A DNA stretch of 64,000 nt from Eledone cirrhosa (lineage: Eukaryota), in NCBI GenBank assembly GCA_964016885.1, contig OZ024740.1, positions 294,314,001-294,378,000 of the forward strand, read 5' to 3'. Positions 60,461 through 64,000 of the stretch are shown here, in pieces. How positions within the stretch are numbered: position 1 is the first letter of the stretch; each line of letters opens with the position of its first letter. Position numbers and translations under genes: made by a program. The notes under the pieces are model-generated. The model was not told the origin of the DNA. It saw only the letters and a program-made list of their open reading frames with translations, and searched no databases.

Positions 60461-61801
60461 TAAATATACATATATACATGCATATGTGTGTGTGACTATA
60501 TAGTCATCAATAATGTGAAACAGTTTTTGTCTGAAAACCCATAGTTCAATATTAGTAACATTTAGTGTTGAATGGATCTTCTCACTAAAACTGGTCTCTT
60601 TTTATTTAAGATAAATCCTTAAATCACATTTTTTTTCTTTCACACTTTCAAATTCTTAATCTACTATCAACCATTAAACATACTTTTTATCTGGTTCCAT
60701 TCCTCAATTTGTTCACAGATGAACTCACATGAAAAGCAATCATTTCGATATTTCATTGTATAATTTCAATTCCTTCTACATATTTATCTCTTCAATACCT
60801 TAATCTATTAAATGTTTCTTTGGCAGATAAATTAGGTGGTGATGATAACATCTTAACATTTGAAATAGTCCTTGTATTCCTGCTGAAAGTTATGTCCATT
60901 TAAAGAGATAATATATATATATTTATATATATATATAAATTTTTTTTTTCTTTCATTAAAAGTTGGTTTTTATTTCGTGGAAAGCATTTAAATATATGAT
61001 TGAAAGATACATTACAAATCTTCTGGTATGGCATTACCATTGTCTTTCAAGTCTATTCTTAGAAGGGTTTCATAGATTTACACATTTTTTTGTTCATTCC
61101 AATTACACCAGATTGTATCGAACATTGACACACATCAATAAAAAAAAAAATTAAAAAAACATTTCTAATTATAATTTGAATAAGACTTTTTACATTAATA
61201 TTGAATGTTAATGTAAAGTATACACATATTTATTTAATCATATTATAGAAACCATGCCTATAGATATAGTATTGATCTGTGACATCCCTGATCTTTTTAA
61301 TATACACAATTTTTGCTTGCCTACCATTTATTTTATATAGATATATGACTAAAGGTTTTACCTTAGTCTTACAAGGATCTGACAAAGTTTACTTTCATTC
61401 ATAGTATAATAAGGTACATCTAAATATGGCTGGCAATTTTGAAATCTGTATAAGAATAATTTCTACCATACAATTTATGTACTGAAAAACACGGTTAAGT
61501 TTTCCTTTCATTTGCATTGACTATATATATCCATAATATTTATATAAATATAAAAATATATTTACTTATAAACAATTCAAATTCTTTATAAGTAAATATT
61601 AACTTATAAACAAGAGATAAAAATGTAATTTTGATAATTTGTGGGATTTAATATTCATTAAATATTGCAAAATATATAAATTGTATTTTGATTTACACAA
61701 ATTAATTATTAAACTAACTAGTTACTAGTTATATACATTACAGCTTCAATTTTACCATCCACAAAAATGTTTATCTTTATGTATGTATGTATGTATGTAT
61801 G

Positions 61802-61863
<62 letters not shown>

Positions 61864-63252
61864 TGTAATGATCACCTTTTAGATATACTCTAGACTCAAT
61901 AGACTGAAACTGTTGAAAACCAGGAACCCTATAGACATGTTTAGTATGTATGTGATAAATGCTTCATTTTGATTTAATTTTGCTTTTTCACTCTATACAT
62001 CTAGTCATACTGTTTCCCTTATACATGCTCATCATCGTTTTCTAATTTATCTATCTGGAGTTCACTACTATTGGCACTCCTAATGGCTTTTGTAAATCCT
62101 AATTTCAAGATAACTTGGTGACAGCAGGCATAAGATTTGGATCCAGTTTCATCACCTTTCTCTAGCCAAATTTTAAGGTGCTGCTGGTTTTGCTTTTGAC
62201 TTGAAGGGTTTATTTAAAGATGTAGCATTTTTATATGCATAATGTTCTATTAATTCACAAATATGCAGAAAAACAAATTTCCACTACATTGTAAATGTTT
62301 CAAACACTATCAGACTAGTTTTCATGAAATTCAGTGTAGCATTCTTTAAGTTACACAATAAGCTTCATAATCCTTAAGTTTACAGGTTCTATTCATTCAT
62401 TAAAAGAGCATTAACTGTGATATTTATTTCTAAGACTTGGTCTCATAAACAGTTGCCTTCTTAGACTAGGTATCTTACAGCAGATATTTTTCTTTTGTTA
62501 TTTTTTAACTGCTTTACTTTGGTGGGCTATTACATGTACTATTAAGTGTTTTAAACATTCAGACTATCCTTTTATTGGTTTTAGAAGAAAAGAAATGTGT
62601 AAATGACATTGAACTGCCAACATAATGTATGAGATAGTTTGAAACGATGTTATTTCTAAAATTATGTCTGAGAGATGTGTATCCTTTATAGCAGTTGTAC
62701 TGCTGCTATTAAACAACACTAAAAGTTTTCTTGAAATTTAAATTTATTTGAAAATCAACAAATTTGATTCACCATTCTACTACATTGTAAATAGGCCACA
62801 CTAAGTCAATTTATCAACCTATCTACAGAAACTTTTTCTCATAACAAATTACTGCCAAATATTTTGACAAAGTCCAAGTTATCTTCTATTTTAAATCACA
62901 TTTTATAATCACCGAATTTAATATTTGTTGGATGTGAACACCAAGTACATAAATTGACTCCTTAGGAAAAAAATACCCCTTTATTTAGAATGTATATTCA
63001 ATGAAGGAAAGGAAAAAATAACTGATTCAATTAATTTCAAAATGTTTCATTCTAATATTTTGTGACAATTTCATAATTGTTCATTTTTTTTCCTGTCTTA
63101 TATTTGTGAGTTGCACTTATTTCACAAATGGTTTAACCTGAGATTGTGTGTTGAAATTAAAATAATTGCATCATGGTAGAATAAATCATATTATCCATTT
63201 AAAACATATATATTGTTATATTCTTCTGGTCTTGTTATTTTGTAATAATAGC

Positions 63253-63286
<34 letters not shown>

Positions 63287-64000
63287 ATACTATCATTACA
63301 GTGACAGTAAAACAAATTAATAACAGCAGCATATGTTTGTTTTAATGGTTGACTCCACCACAATGCAATTCTGTTGGTTATATTTAGTTGTCTGGAAATA
63401 TCTGAATACTTGGTTTATTTCATAGATATTGTATAGTTCATTTGAAGTGAATAGCCACTCCAGGGAAAATATCATTTCATTTGATTATATATATAATATA
63501 GAAGTTATCAAACATTATCTATAATAATGAATAGAGGAACATATGCAAATAGAGAACAGATTTTATAGTTGTGTTCCATTGCTGACACAATCATAAGCTT
63601 ATGAATTACATAAATTAAAATGAACAATTCTATAAAGACCAATTAAAATATTGGTGAATAAATATCTAACTACATTACCCACTAAAGATCATCTAATTTC
63701 TTAAACAAGTCATGTACATAGGTATAACACATACAGACACACACGTGTGTGTATGTATTATATGATCATGCATAGTTATATTTTAATGTTTATATTCATT
63801 TACATTTATATGCACACACACACATAGCTATATGCACATATACTGACATTATGACTTGTTTGCATATATTACTTATGCTTACATATATATCTATATCTAT
63901 ATATTTATACATAAACATATGTATGTATTTATAAAATGTTAGTTTAATGAGTCAGATCCTTGTGTTTTCAAGCTTAACATTTTTCTTTTTTTTTTATGAT

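Overview
AT-rich, microsatellite- and transposon-dense animal genomic DNA; the SINE/LINE repertoire looks like a coleoid cephalopod (octopus-like), which is an inference from recognising the repeats. Bases 1-52,400 are almost entirely mobile elements: many RTE LINEs (with a C4HC3 PHD-like finger inside the RT region and (GAT)n tails), R4/Dong restriction-like-endonuclease LINEs sitting in (TAA)n (one is a single frameshift away from intact), Penelope-like (GIY-YIG) pieces, mariner, a hATm-type transposon, MITEs and two tRNA-derived SINE families. Bases 52,400-64,000 are TE-poor and hold two divergently transcribed genes whose coding sequences have no introns: ARV1 (-) and a three-KH-domain Nova/pasilla-type splicing factor (+). 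The most notable non-coding signal is a set of hammerhead-ribozyme motifs (about 9, one apparently intact at 48326-48380, minus strand) in small Penelope-like or non-autonomous units within (TA)n, plus a tRNA-headed unit with pseudo-LTR-like direct repeats. All calls were made by eye; no searches or folding programs were run.
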